64,000 nucleotides of DNA from Gammaproteobacteria bacterium (GTDB taxonomy: Bacteria > Pseudomonadota > Gammaproteobacteria > Steroidobacterales > Rariloculaceae), in NCBI GenBank assembly GCA_038125265.1, contig JAYPDM010000001.1:2830-66829 (forward strand), in the 5' to 3' direction. A program made the position numbers and the translations under genes. The notes under the pieces are model-generated. The model ran no database searches. It was given only the letters and a program-made list of their open reading frames with translations, and had not been told where the DNA came from. How positions within the stretch are numbered: the first letter of the stretch is position 1; each line of letters starts with the position of its first letter. Below are positions 1 to 8,940 of the stretch, in pieces.

Positions 1-389
1 AGTGATAATGCCAATAAAAAGGCACCTAAGACCCCACCGATTGCGGATACTGAATAAGCGGCTCCGAACGCTCTGGAGGTCTGCCCTGCCTTTGCCATTG
101 GATGGCCATCGAGGATGGTTGCTTGTGAGGCAACAGTTCCTGGAATACCAAATAAGATTGCAGGTATTGCATCAGCCGTTGAAGTAATTGCATACATTCC
201 CAACAAAAAAGAGAAAGCGCTAACAGTATCCATACTAAAGGTAAAAGGAAGCATAAGTGCCAAAGCTACAGCGCCCCCTAGACCTGGCAATACCCCAACC
301 CAAATACCAATAAAAATTCCAAGCAACAAGAACCAAAGTGCTGGGAAAGAAAAAGCTAACTGAAGGCCCTCAAAAATTGCGTCAAGCAT
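1..389 (-). CDS. TctA-family large permease of a tripartite tricarboxylate transporter; N-terminal ~129 aa, continues beyond window start
   Basis: Absent from the ORF track because it runs off the edge. Hand translation of the minus strand from ATG (389-387) gives MLDAIFEGLQLAFSFPALWFLLLGIFIGIWVGVLPGLGGAVALALMLPFTFSMDTVSAFSFLLGMYAITSTADAIPAILFGIPGTVASQATILDGHPMAKAGQTSRAFGA. This is clearly paralogous to the N-terminus of the TctA at 7447-8940 (LPGLGG, FxxPG, DGHPM motifs). The plus-strand ORFs 2-187 and 115-363 are its antisense shadows. Confidence 0.8.
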   Translation of the reverse strand, partial: MLDAIFEGLQLAFSFPALWFLLLGIFIGIWVGVLPGLGGAVALALMLPFTFSMDTVSAFSFLLGMYAITSTADAIPAILFGIPGTVASQATILDGHPMAKAGQTSRAFGAAYSVSAIGGVLGAFLLALS

Positions 390-395
390 AATGAG

Positions 396-1454
396 TTATC
401 TTACTTGATCAATGTAGTTATTTAGAAAAGCATCAACCTCTGGAGGGACATCATAAAGACCACGCATGATCATTTCACCCTCGGGAACATTTATCACTGG
501 CAAATTGAATCCATACATAAGCAATTCTTCTTCTTGATAGGCTGGATCATTGATCACCCTGATAAAGCTATCTCTTAATATTGAGATTGCCTCATCATCT
601 GTTCCTGGTGGGACCATTGCCGCATATACAATATCATTGACCCTCGGTAAGACCCATTTATACATATCAAAAAATTCCCCAGAGGGCGGCTCATTATGGA
701 GGTCTTGGTAAAATTCCATAAAGCTTGGTATGTCACTCGCGACATCTAATGCATATAGCTCCCCCTGGGCGTTCGTTCCTGGATTGTGCCAGAGGGGTAT
801 CGCTAAACCTTGCTCGACAAGAGGCTGCACAGAAAATCGATACAAGCCCAACGAGGCAACTTGAAGATCAACCTCATTCCTTCGCACCGCTGCCAATACA
901 TCAGAAGCGCCCTGGAAACCGGTGACATATTCATAGTCAACACCTAGTGCGTCTAGTGCTAACCTCCCAAGCAGATCAAAGCGTGCAATTGGATTTTGCC
1001 CGCCAAAAACTAAACTGTTTGTCGAGAGTAAATCTTCAGCAGTCTCAATATTCTCTGTGGAAACGTATGCCATATTGGGACTCATTAATCCCCCAATAAA
1101 TGGCATCTCTGAAAAATTTGCTCTTAAACCAGGCTCCTGAAGAACTGCCTCAATACCAGCGGTGGGGGAAAACATAATATCTAACCCATTAGTCTCTGCG
1201 CCCTCAACACCGAAATTCCATACTCTGGTTCCTCCACCACCTGGGATATTACGGACTACAATATTTGGATTTCCGGGAATATGATCGCCCCAGTATCGAG
1301 CAAATAATCTCACCGCAAGATCTGCTCCACTGCCAGGCGTTCTCCCTATATAAATATTTATCGTTTTACCGGAATAAAACTCAGTAGGCTCATTGCTGCA
1401 TGAACCTAAGATAAGGATTATAAAGAGAGGGAGTAACTTAAAAATATTATTCAT
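396..1454 (-). CDS. TctC/Bug-family periplasmic substrate-binding lipoprotein of a TTT transporter
   Basis: The ORF track gives 396-1502. I prefer the internal ATG at 1454, because MNNIFKLLPLFIILILGSCS is a signal peptide with an LGSC lipobox and this start removes the overlap with the upstream gene. Bug-like motifs: PGSGADLAVR and VVRNIPGGGGT. Its stop lies 6 nt before the TctA start. Confidence 0.8.
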   Translation of the reverse strand: MNNIFKLLPLFIILILGSCSNEPTEFYSGKTINIYIGRTPGSGADLAVRLFARYWGDHIPGNPNIVVRNIPGGGGTRVWNFGVEGAETNGLDIMFSPTAGIEAVLQEPGLRANFSEMPFIGGLMSPNMAYVSTENIETAEDLLSTNSLVFGGQNPIARFDLLGRLALDALGVDYEYVTGFQGASDVLAAVRRNEVDLQVASLGLYRFSVQPLVEQGLAIPLWHNPGTNAQGELYALDVASDIPSFMEFYQDLHNEPPSGEFFDMYKWVLPRVNDIVYAAMVPPGTDDEAISILRDSFIRVINDPAYQEEELLMYGFNLPVINVPEGEMIMRGLYDVPPEVDAFLNNYIDQVR

Positions 1455-1467
1455 CAGAGGGCCATTA

Positions 1468-2451
1468 TTAATAAACTTTATTTTTTGGGAGTTGCTTATC
1501 AATCACAACTCTTACTACATTGTCCCACGATGATTGAAATAGTCCAGCCCATGCCTGGTAACTTATGCCTGCAATGTGCGGTGTCATGATTATCCTATCT
1601 TTAACTTCCTTGCTAATAACCAAAAAAGGATTGTCATCCTCTGGAGGCTCTTTTTCATAAACATCAATAGCTAAGCCTTGGAATTTACCTTTTGCCATCA
1701 TATCTAAAATTTCTTTTTCATCCAGGACTCCGCCGCGCGAAGCATTGAGAATAATTGCATCATCCTTCATGATGCCTAGCTTATCCCTACTAAATAAATT
1801 TTTTGTTTCATCAATTAAAGGTACGTGAATACTTAAAATATCAACTAGTGGTAATAACTCATCCAGTGATTGAGATTTTGCAGAAAAATCTTCGTCAATA
1901 TAGTCACTCTGAATCATAGGATCATGAAAATAAACATTCGCCCCAAAAAAGTTAAATGCTCTTGCCACTGACTTACCTATATTTCCAAAACCGACTATGC
2001 CGACATTCAAACCAGTTATCTCTTTTCTGCGCTCGCCCAAGATCATCTTTCGTGCCTGATCATAATTTCCATTGCTTAACTCTTCATTGCAATAGGGCAT
2101 GCCTCTTAATAATGATATGGCAGCACCTACACAGTACTGTGCAATCGATTCATTAGATCCACCTTGAACATTTGCTACCGAGATGCCCTGCTCCTCTAAC
2201 TCAGGCCTATTTAACCTATCAACTCCCGCACCGGTAACCTGTATAAACTTACAGCTTGAACCAATAAAAAGCTTCGAATCAATTGGCTTACCTACCGCGG
2301 GTATGACTAAAGCCGAAGCATCCTTAATCTCGATATTCAAAATAGGATCATCAGGGCTCAAGTAAAGCACTCTCAAAGATTCGGGAACATTCACACCAAC
2401 GTTCGTAAAATCCTCCTCAGGTCTTAAGCAAATTATTTTATTACTATCCAT
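1468..2451 (-). CDS. D-isomer-specific 2-hydroxyacid dehydrogenase family protein (NAD-binding)
   Basis: 327 aa. Rossmann motif GIVGFGNIGKSVA. Catalytic-region pattern NASRGGVLDE ... MTPHIAG is typical of the D-2-hydroxyacid dehydrogenase family (PGDH/GyaR-like). Confidence 0.85.
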   Translation of the reverse strand: MDSNKIICLRPEEDFTNVGVNVPESLRVLYLSPDDPILNIEIKDASALVIPAVGKPIDSKLFIGSSCKFIQVTGAGVDRLNRPELEEQGISVANVQGGSNESIAQYCVGAAISLLRGMPYCNEELSNGNYDQARKMILGERRKEITGLNVGIVGFGNIGKSVARAFNFFGANVYFHDPMIQSDYIDEDFSAKSQSLDELLPLVDILSIHVPLIDETKNLFSRDKLGIMKDDAIILNASRGGVLDEKEILDMMAKGKFQGLAIDVYEKEPPEDDNPFLVISKEVKDRIIMTPHIAGISYQAWAGLFQSSWDNVVRVVIDKQLPKNKVY

Positions 2452-2794
2452 GTGAGCTCAAATCTGCAGTTTCAAAAATACAAAGTAATACTAAGTCCTT
2501 TTCGCCTTCATTTGCGGTAAAGTGCTTCAAGCCTTTTGGGACGAAAATAGTATCTCCAGCTGATACGGGTTTTGAGCCTGTCTCTGTAGTAAAGGCACCT
2601 TCGCCGCTTAGGACATGAATATATTCGTTTGAGTCAGAATGAAAATGAAATTCACGCTTGTCACCGCTTGCTGGTATGGTTACATGCCTTACTGTCAGGG
2701 ATGCACCATCATTACTGGATAGAATCTGTCTTGACTCTCTTCCTGGCAAATCAAGAAGATTAGCGTCTTTGAGTACCTTTATAATTGCTTCCAT
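2444..2794 (-). CDS. Cupin-domain protein
   Basis: 116 aa. Two-His cupin motif region HFHSDSNEYIHVLSGEG ... GDTIFVPKGLKHF. Overlaps the downstream gene by 8 nt. Confidence 0.75.
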   Translation of the reverse strand: MEAIIKVLKDANLLDLPGRESRQILSSNDGASLTVRHVTIPASGDKREFHFHSDSNEYIHVLSGEGAFTTETGSKPVSAGDTIFVPKGLKHFTANEGEKDLVLLCIFETADLSSHG

Positions 2795-2796
2795 TA

Positions 2797-3606
2797 TTAC
2801 CCAGCCTTCTTGAGAGAAATAATTTCTGCAGTTCCTCCTTGTGCAGCTTGAAGCAGCTTAAAGATCTCTAATGCCTCATCTGCAATAGAATCAGCTATAT
2901 CTTCAATCATTTTTTTACCCTTTTCAGCTGTAGCATTTTCAGGATTGCCGTACCACCCAGTTGGACAAATAGACCTAATATCTGTAAGGACCGGCTGGTA
3001 GGATTTCGATCTACGCAACTTATCCATTTTTGCACCAGGCTCATGATCTGAACTATAGTCGACCCTATCCAGATGTACTAATTCTTTCTTATACTCGAGA
3101 ATTGCTAGTGTCTCGATTTCTCCTCCATGAGTTAGACCACCACAGTCATGCCCATAAAGCTCTTGAGCCACATAGCAAGCTTGTACAGTCAAAACACTCA
3201 TACCATGATCACGATGTAGCTTATCTGCAGCGATAGAAAGCGATGGAATATTTCCTTCATGCCAGTTCACTATCAATAGATGAGTGGCGCCATGAGAAGC
3301 TGTCGAAACACAAGTTTCCTCAACAACTTTCATATAAGTCTCAGGGCTTAAACTGATAGTTCCCTCGAATGGCATATGCATTGGAGTTACTCCAAGCGGA
3401 CCACCAGGGATAACCAAACCATCAAGCTTGCGGGCAATAGCATGACAGATAACATAGGCTGCAAAAATATCAGTCCCTGTTGGTAGATGGGGTCCATGCT
3501 GCTCAGTGCTTCCCGCAGGAAGAATTACCAATGGGTTTTTCTTTAGCTGAGCCGCAATCTCAGGCTGGGTTAAATCCAAAAAGTTTCTTGTTGGTAAATT
3601 ACTCAT
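2797..3606 (-). CDS. Creatininase-family amidohydrolase (substrate unknown)
   Basis: 269 aa. N-terminal LPAGSTEQHGPHLPTGTD and later HGGEIETL match the metal-binding signatures of the creatinine amidohydrolase family. Confidence 0.75.
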   Translation of the reverse strand: MSNLPTRNFLDLTQPEIAAQLKKNPLVILPAGSTEQHGPHLPTGTDIFAAYVICHAIARKLDGLVIPGGPLGVTPMHMPFEGTISLSPETYMKVVEETCVSTASHGATHLLIVNWHEGNIPSLSIAADKLHRDHGMSVLTVQACYVAQELYGHDCGGLTHGGEIETLAILEYKKELVHLDRVDYSSDHEPGAKMDKLRRSKSYQPVLTDIRSICPTGWYGNPENATAEKGKKMIEDIADSIADEALEIFKLLQAAQGGTAEIISLKKAG

Positions 3607-3618
3607 TTTTTTCCTAAG

Positions 3619-4686
3619 TTAAATATTAGCTTTTGCTTCTTCAAATACTTCACTTAATGGAACCATTGTTCCATTTTGGTCAACTGATTTAAGTGCAGCA
3701 TATACAACTGCTAATGCAACATTAGCACTGCCGGCACTTAGTTCACAAGGCTCACCTGTCTGACAAAGATCTGCAAACATATCGAGCTCATCTAAGAACA
3801 TATTTGCCTGAGGCATGACTAAGTCCTCTCTTTTTCCGTAGCCATCAACACCCCTCTGAATGTACAGTGCCGAAGATTTATGAAGATCATCGGGAGTGTC
3901 CCAGCTACTAAAGTCTAGCTCATAGTGCATTAATCCTTTTTGACCAAATACTCTTAGTGAAAAGATCCCTGGAGAAGTCCAGCAAGATCCGATGTATGCA
4001 AGTTTGCCATCCTTAAAACGCACTAAAGTCATCGATTGATCATCCACCTCTGCTCCCACAGGTGAGAGCTTTGATGCTATTGAAGAGACCTCCTCAATTT
4101 CGCCTCCGATGTAATGAATAGTATCAAACTGATGGATTGCAAGTTGTGATAAAGGTCCACCTGGTGCTCGATCCTTGTACCATCTCCAAGTATCAGGAGT
4201 TAGCTCAAGAGCTCTTTCATTAGAAAAGTTAGCCTCAATAAATGCAACTTTACCAAGATCCCCGTTATCAATTGCTTCTCTGATCATACGCGCACCCTTT
4301 AACAACCTTGCGCTATGCCCTACCATTATCTGTACACCGTATTTGTCAACCAGCTGCTCAATTAATAATCCTGACTCAAGTGTATTTGCAATAGGCTTTT
4401 CTGTGTATACATGCTTTCCTGCTTTTGCTACTGCCTCAGCAACCGGTAAATGCTGCTCATTAGGAACAGTCAAAATTACCCCTTTGATTTCAGGATCAGA
4501 CAGAAGTTCATCTAAGCTAGCAACTGTTGGAATTCCAAACTCCGCTGTAAAAGCCTGTCTTTTCTCCTCTGAGCGAGTAAAGCCTTTAGCGATTTCAAAT
4601 TTTTCTGATTTTAATGCAGCAGCGGTTAAAACCTTTGCCCATCTACCTAAACCAACAATTCCTACTTTAATTTTTTCAGACGACAC
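3619..4686 (-). CDS. Gfo/Idh/MocA-family NAD(P)-dependent oxidoreductase
   Basis: The ORF track gives 3619-4743. I prefer the GTG at 4686-4684, preceded by AAGGAG (complement of 4692-4697) at 5-nt spacing. This yields (M)SSEKIKVGIVGLGRWA, the typical N-terminal Rossmann start, and leaves a 65-bp divergent promoter region. EKP motif: YTEKPIA. Confidence 0.85.
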   Translation of the reverse strand: MSSEKIKVGIVGLGRWAKVLTAAALKSEKFEIAKGFTRSEEKRQAFTAEFGIPTVASLDELLSDPEIKGVILTVPNEQHLPVAEAVAKAGKHVYTEKPIANTLESGLLIEQLVDKYGVQIMVGHSARLLKGARMIREAIDNGDLGKVAFIEANFSNERALELTPDTWRWYKDRAPGGPLSQLAIHQFDTIHYIGGEIEEVSSIASKLSPVGAEVDDQSMTLVRFKDGKLAYIGSCWTSPGIFSLRVFGQKGLMHYELDFSSWDTPDDLHKSSALYIQRGVDGYGKREDLVMPQANMFLDELDMFADLCQTGEPCELSAGSANVALAVVYAALKSVDQNGTMVPLSEVFEEAKANI

Positions 4687-4731
4687 GATAACTCCTTTAT
4701 TTACTTGGTTTTCTAATGTTAAGATCGTAAT

Positions 4732-4744
4732 ATTGTAATACAAT
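4732..4744. promoter_or_regulatory. Perfect 13-bp inverted repeat ATTGTA-A-TACAAT; candidate GntR-family operator
   Basis: Read directly from the sequence. It lies in the 65-bp divergent intergenic region, 8 bp upstream of the GntR ATG. It contains the GT-N3-AC core (TTGTAATACAA) typical of FadR-subfamily GntR operators. Confidence 0.5.
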
Positions 4745-4751
4745 TTTTATT

Positions 4752-5447
4752 ATGGGCGAAATTAAAGTTTTAAATCCAATTCCGCGTCTTTCATCCTTAA
4801 AAGAAGCAGTAATCAAGACTATTCGTGATGCAATAATTACTGGTCATTTTAAGCCTGGTGAAAAACTTATTGAGAAAAGATTAACTGAGGATCTTGGTGT
4901 TTCAAGAACCATACTGCGGGAAGCTATAAGTCACTTGAGTGCTGAAGGTATAGTTAAAGTGGTCCCTAACAAGGGGCCAATTGTTAGAAATTTTGAGGAA
5001 ACAGATATCTATAATTTATACCAAATTCGTATGGCACTTCTCGGTCTCTCTGCAAGACAATTTACGCAAAATATGACAGAAAAAAGCCTTTTAAAATTAG
5101 AAAAAAAATTAGAAAAAATTAAATTGGCACATAAGAACTTTGATGATGAAAAATTTATTAAATCTAAAAATGACTTTTATCAATACCTTGTAGATGAATC
5201 GGGAAATGATGATCTTATACTTCTTCTTCGCTCTTTAGAGAGCCAACTCTCTATGATGCGAAGTCTGGGAATAAAGCATCCCAAGAGATCAAGCACTCGA
5301 TCAAAGATCAGTGTCGAGAACTTACAGGCAACGTATAACATGATTCAAGCTAGAAACTATGCTGAAGCTGAGAGAATGATCAGGGCAGAAACGTTACAAG
5401 CACAGAAAGAGATAATTAATTTGTTAAGAGAACAAAAGGAAAAGTAA
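4752..5447 (+). CDS. GntR-family transcriptional regulator (FadR/FCD-type C-terminal domain)
   Basis: 231 aa. The N-terminal winged HTH GEKLIEKRLTEDLGVSRTILREAISHLSAEGIV is a classic GntR signature. The C-terminus is all-helical. Confidence 0.85.
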   Translation: MGEIKVLNPIPRLSSLKEAVIKTIRDAIITGHFKPGEKLIEKRLTEDLGVSRTILREAISHLSAEGIVKVVPNKGPIVRNFEETDIYNLYQIRMALLGLSARQFTQNMTEKSLLKLEKKLEKIKLAHKNFDDEKFIKSKNDFYQYLVDESGNDDLILLLRSLESQLSMMRSLGIKHPKRSSTRSKISVENLQATYNMIQARNYAEAERMIRAETLQAQKEIINLLREQKEK

Positions 5448-5457
5448 GGAATATAGT

Positions 5458-7164
5458 ATGAGTTGGACTGAACTAGAAACAGATGTATTGGTTATTGGGG
5501 GTGGAGTTGCGGGATGTATGGCTGCTGTTCCAGCCCTAGAAAGTGGACTTCAAGTAACAATCCTGGAAAAAGGTAAAGTATTAGATCATTGTGGAAGTGT
5601 TGGTTGTGGGGTAGATCATTACCTGACCATTATGGACTCGGGTCCAGAGTGGGATACTCCAGAATTTTTAATTAAACATGTTCCTGAGCTTACAGATGGA
5701 ATAGTAGATCTTGAGGTTACAAGTAAGCTCATCCACCAAATGCCAAGAGTTTTAAAAAAAATAGAATCCTTTGGCGTTAATTTTAAAGATCCAAGATTTA
5801 ATGACTATTACCGTCTGAAATCTTTTGGCTTACCAGGCACATACCATATAAATTTTGATGGAACAGAGTTTAAAAAGCATATAGGTCAGCAAGTCAGAAA
5901 ACTTAAAGGCAAAGTCCTTACAAGGACGATGGGCGTTCACTTGCTTGAGAAGGATAATAAAGTTTATGGTGCTGTCGCCTTTAACTTCAGAACCGGAGAA
6001 TGGTATGCCATAAAAGCAAAATCAGTTGTTATGGCGGCAGGTGAAGTTAATCGTTTATCCAAAAATGCCTCCGGTATGCCCTTTGATAGCTGGCACTGCC
6101 CATTTAACACGGGTGATGCGCATAGGATGGCATTTGATGCGGGAGCAATTTTAACAAACATGGAATTTGTGGAGACCACTCTAACTCCGAAAGGATTTTC
6201 AGCGCAAGGATTAAATGCTCTTGTAAGCGAGGGCGCGCACTTTGTCAATAAGCAGGGAGAGCGCTTTATGTTCAAATATGACGAAAAAGGCGAGAATGCT
6301 AGAAGGGCTGTCATTGCAGATGCCGTGATTAATGAGTACCTGCTAGGAAACGGGCCAATTTATGCTGACTGCAGACATTTGCCTAGCGATGTTCTTGATC
6401 ACATGGAGGCGACTCTTCAAATTGATAGATATACAATGCCAGCCTTCTATGAGCAAAAGGCCTTAAAGTTCAGGGATGAACCGGTTGAGGTTTCGATCTC
6501 TGAGTTAAGTATTCGAAGAAGTGGAGTTTACTTTAGGGGTAGTGGTCTTGCAGTTGATACCGAGGGACATTCTTCAAAAGAAAACCTTTTTGCTGCTGGG
6601 GACTGCGCATCGGTCTCTGGAGGTATTGCTGGCGCGGCAGTCCTTGGGCATATATCTGGAGAGGGTGTCAGTGCTCATGTAAAAAAAATGAATGGATCAA
6701 AATTACCAGAATTTGATGCTGATGAAATCAGTAGAATAAAAAATGAAAATGAGCATCACCTCGTTGCATCTGGTTTGAACTGGAGAGCCTTTGAGGATAA
6801 AACGCGAGAAATAGTAAGCGATTACATTGGGGTAAGAAGGTCCTCAAAATCATTAGAATTAGCAATGCAAACTTTGGCCTCTTTAGCAAATGAAGAAAGC
6901 GAGATGAAAGCCGATGATCTTCATGGACTCATGAGGGTCAATGAGACGAAAAGTATAAGGTTATCTGCTGAAGTGATGGCAAATGCTGCAATGGCTCGAA
7001 CGGAATCTAGAACCGGTTCCTCTCATTTTAGAAGCGATTTCCCAGAGACTAATGAAACAGATTGGAAAAAATTTGTTTTGGTATCAAAAAATGAAGATCA
7101 AATGAATATAAATTACAGCGATGCTAGCGAATCTCTTGCGTCAGCATTTGATAGAGAGAAGTAA
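5458..7164 (+). CDS. FAD-dependent oxidoreductase of the AprA/FrdA/SdhA flavoprotein superfamily (substrate unknown)
   Basis: 568 aa. N-terminal dinucleotide fold DVLVIGGGVAGCMAA. Distal FAAGDCAS FAD motif. C-terminal RTESRTGSSHFRSDFPETNETDWKKF resembles the R-x-E-S/T-R ... R-x-D-Y/F-P capping region of AprA and succinate dehydrogenase flavoproteins. SD AAGGAA lies upstream. Confidence 0.75.
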   Translation: MSWTELETDVLVIGGGVAGCMAAVPALESGLQVTILEKGKVLDHCGSVGCGVDHYLTIMDSGPEWDTPEFLIKHVPELTDGIVDLEVTSKLIHQMPRVLKKIESFGVNFKDPRFNDYYRLKSFGLPGTYHINFDGTEFKKHIGQQVRKLKGKVLTRTMGVHLLEKDNKVYGAVAFNFRTGEWYAIKAKSVVMAAGEVNRLSKNASGMPFDSWHCPFNTGDAHRMAFDAGAILTNMEFVETTLTPKGFSAQGLNALVSEGAHFVNKQGERFMFKYDEKGENARRAVIADAVINEYLLGNGPIYADCRHLPSDVLDHMEATLQIDRYTMPAFYEQKALKFRDEPVEVSISELSIRRSGVYFRGSGLAVDTEGHSSKENLFAAGDCASVSGGIAGAAVLGHISGEGVSAHVKKMNGSKLPEFDADEISRIKNENEHHLVASGLNWRAFEDKTREIVSDYIGVRRSSKSLELAMQTLASLANEESEMKADDLHGLMRVNETKSIRLSAEVMANAAMARTESRTGSSHFRSDFPETNETDWKKFVLVSKNEDQMNINYSDASESLASAFDREK

Positions 7165-7166
7165 CT

Positions 7167-7442
7167 ATGAGTGAAGAAAAGAAAGTCCATAATCCAATAA
7201 AAATTGACCCTGAGGTTTGTGTTAAGTGCAACCTTTGTGACTGGATTTGTCCGGGAGATCTGATATATAAAAAAGAGGATGATAGAACTACTTTGCCTGA
7301 TGTGAAATATCCTGATGAATGCTGGTACTGTGGTTTGTGTCAATCTATATGTCCGGTTGATGCAATTGAAATCATCTTTCCTGAAGAAATGATAAATTGT
7401 AAGACTGATGTTAGGAGCCTATTAGGTAAAGACGTAGAATAA
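7167..7442 (+). CDS. Small 2x[4Fe-4S] ferredoxin, AprB-like partner of the flavoprotein
   Basis: 91 aa. Two cluster motifs: CVKCNLCDWICP followed by GDLI, and ECWYCGLCQSICPVDAI. The CP-x-DL ... ECW-x-C-x-x-C-x-x-x-CP pattern is what I recall from the APS reductase beta subunit. It starts 3 nt after the flavoprotein stop. Confidence 0.8.
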   Translation: MSEEKKVHNPIKIDPEVCVKCNLCDWICPGDLIYKKEDDRTTLPDVKYPDECWYCGLCQSICPVDAIEIIFPEEMINCKTDVRSLLGKDVE

Positions 7443-7446
7443 TTCT

Positions 7447-8940
7447 ATGGACATTATTGATGCTGCCTTAAGCTCTCTAAATCTTTTACTAACATATGAC
7501 GTTATGATTATGTTGTGCATAGGTGTCATTTATGGCCTATGCGTAGGTTTAATGCCTGGACTCGGTGGCATTGTTGCAATTGCTCTTTTACTTCCCTTCA
7601 CCATAGGATTTGGTGTTATACCAACCCTTGGGCTTTTACTTGGTGCTCACATTGCTACTATTTGGGGTGGCTCAGTGACGAGCATACTGTTTAATGTTCC
7701 TGGAGCTGCCAAAAGCCTTGCTCTGGTTTTTGATGGGCATCCAATGACACGAAATGGTCAAGCGAGCAGAGCTTTAGGTGCTTCTGCCATGGCTGCCTTA
7801 CTTGGAGGTATAATTGGCGCAATTTTTTTAGCATTGAGTATTCCACTTGTAAGGCCAATCATGCTCAGCATTGGGCCAAGTGAGTACCTCATTCTCGCGC
7901 TTTGGGGTCTCAGTATCATCGCAACTTTTAGTGATGGTTCAATGATAAAAGGCGGCATTGCAACTTGTCTTGGAATGATGGCTGCCTATGTTGGTATGGA
8001 TCCAATAACCGGAACACCTAGATTTTGGATGGATTCAATTTATCTTTTAGATGGCATTTATTTCCCTGTGGCGATGATAGGCCTTTTTGCAATTTCTGAA
8101 ATGCTAAAGCTTTATGTCAAACAAACTTCTTTTGTTGAAAGAGTCGAGGGTGAAGAGACAAGCACCCTGCTTTCTGGATGCATGGACGCCTTTAAACATT
8201 GGTGGTTAGTAATTAGATCAAGCTTGTTGGGGCTTTGGATTGGGGTGCTTCCAGGAATTGGAGCGAGCGTAGGAGGAATTGCTGCCTATGCGCAAGCCGT
8301 TCAAACCTCAAAAAATCCTGAAAAATTTGGCAAGGGTGCAGTAGAAGGCGTTATTGCCCCAGATGCTACATTAGGGGCTAATGAGGGTGGAGGATTACTC
8401 CCAACCCTTGCCTTTGGAATTCCTGGAGGAGAGAGTATGGCAATCCTCCTTGTAGCTTTTCTTAGTATGGGTATTGTGCCTGGACCACAAATGCTCACTA
8501 CAGATTTAGATTTAGTTTTTGCGATGGTCTGGATAATTGTTTTTGCAAATATTTTTACTGCGATTATTGGTCTCGCCATCTCGCCTAAGCTATCAAAACT
8601 TCCAGGACTCAATCCAAACATCATGATACCGATCGTATTATCTGTTTGTCTATTCGGAGCCTATGTGACTCGAGGATATTTTGCTGATGTCATATTGGCA
8701 TTCCTTTTTGGTGTTATTGGGTATTATATGGATAAGTATAAGTTCTCAAGAGCAAACTTTGTTATTGGAATGGTCCTTGCCGAGATGATAGAAAGAAATT
8801 TACATATTTCTCTCGGCTTACATGGTAATTATTTTATTTTTACCCAGCCTGTCTCAATCTTTCTATTATTCTTATTATTTCTAACAACAGGCCTCTCACT
8901 TAAAAGAAAAAACAGCAAAAAGGAACAATTAAGTGTCTAA
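7447..8940 (+). CDS. TctA-family large permease (TTT transporter)
   Basis: 497 aa polytopic membrane protein. Motifs GLMPGLGG, FNVPGAA, DGHPM and GVLPGIGASV are typical of TctA. Confidence 0.9.
   Translation: MDIIDAALSSLNLLLTYDVMIMLCIGVIYGLCVGLMPGLGGIVAIALLLPFTIGFGVIPTLGLLLGAHIATIWGGSVTSILFNVPGAAKSLALVFDGHPMTRNGQASRALGASAMAALLGGIIGAIFLALSIPLVRPIMLSIGPSEYLILALWGLSIIATFSDGSMIKGGIATCLGMMAAYVGMDPITGTPRFWMDSIYLLDGIYFPVAMIGLFAISEMLKLYVKQTSFVERVEGEETSTLLSGCMDAFKHWWLVIRSSLLGLWIGVLPGIGASVGGIAAYAQAVQTSKNPEKFGKGAVEGVIAPDATLGANEGGGLLPTLAFGIPGGESMAILLVAFLSMGIVPGPQMLTTDLDLVFAMVWIIVFANIFTAIIGLAISPKLSKLPGLNPNIMIPIVLSVCLFGAYVTRGYFADVILAFLFGVIGYYMDKYKFSRANFVIGMVLAEMIERNLHISLGLHGNYFIFTQPVSIFLLFLLFLTTGLSLKRKNSKKEQLSV

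Noticed and set aside
2-363. Plus-strand ORFs 2-187 and 115-363 from the ORF track
   Set aside because: Both lie antisense to a much better minus-strand reading frame, whose translation is a clear TctA N-terminus paralogous to 7447-8940. Their own sequences are low-complexity (R/L/P/K-rich), as expected for shadow frames.
4175-4738. Long antisense ORFs: 4175-4738 (187 aa), 42116-42673 (185 aa), 49710-50078, 50127-50453, 5964-6314, 8301-8624, 32769-33122, 34785-35099 and similar
   Set aside because: Each is fully embedded opposite a gene with strong family motifs (Gfo/Idh/MocA, sucCD, ftsZ, the flavoprotein, TctA, aspS, clpB). They are Ser/Leu/Ile/Pro-rich with no motifs. Such shadow ORFs are expected opposite highly expressed AT-rich genes.
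5458-7442. Calling the flavoprotein/ferredoxin pair a genuine adenylylsulfate (APS) reductase AprAB
   Set aside because: Both subunits are markedly shorter than AprA/AprB as I recall them, and the ferredoxin lacks the long C-terminal tail. No sat, aprM, qmo or dsr genes accompany them, and the context is organic-acid transport. It is retained only as AprAB-like.
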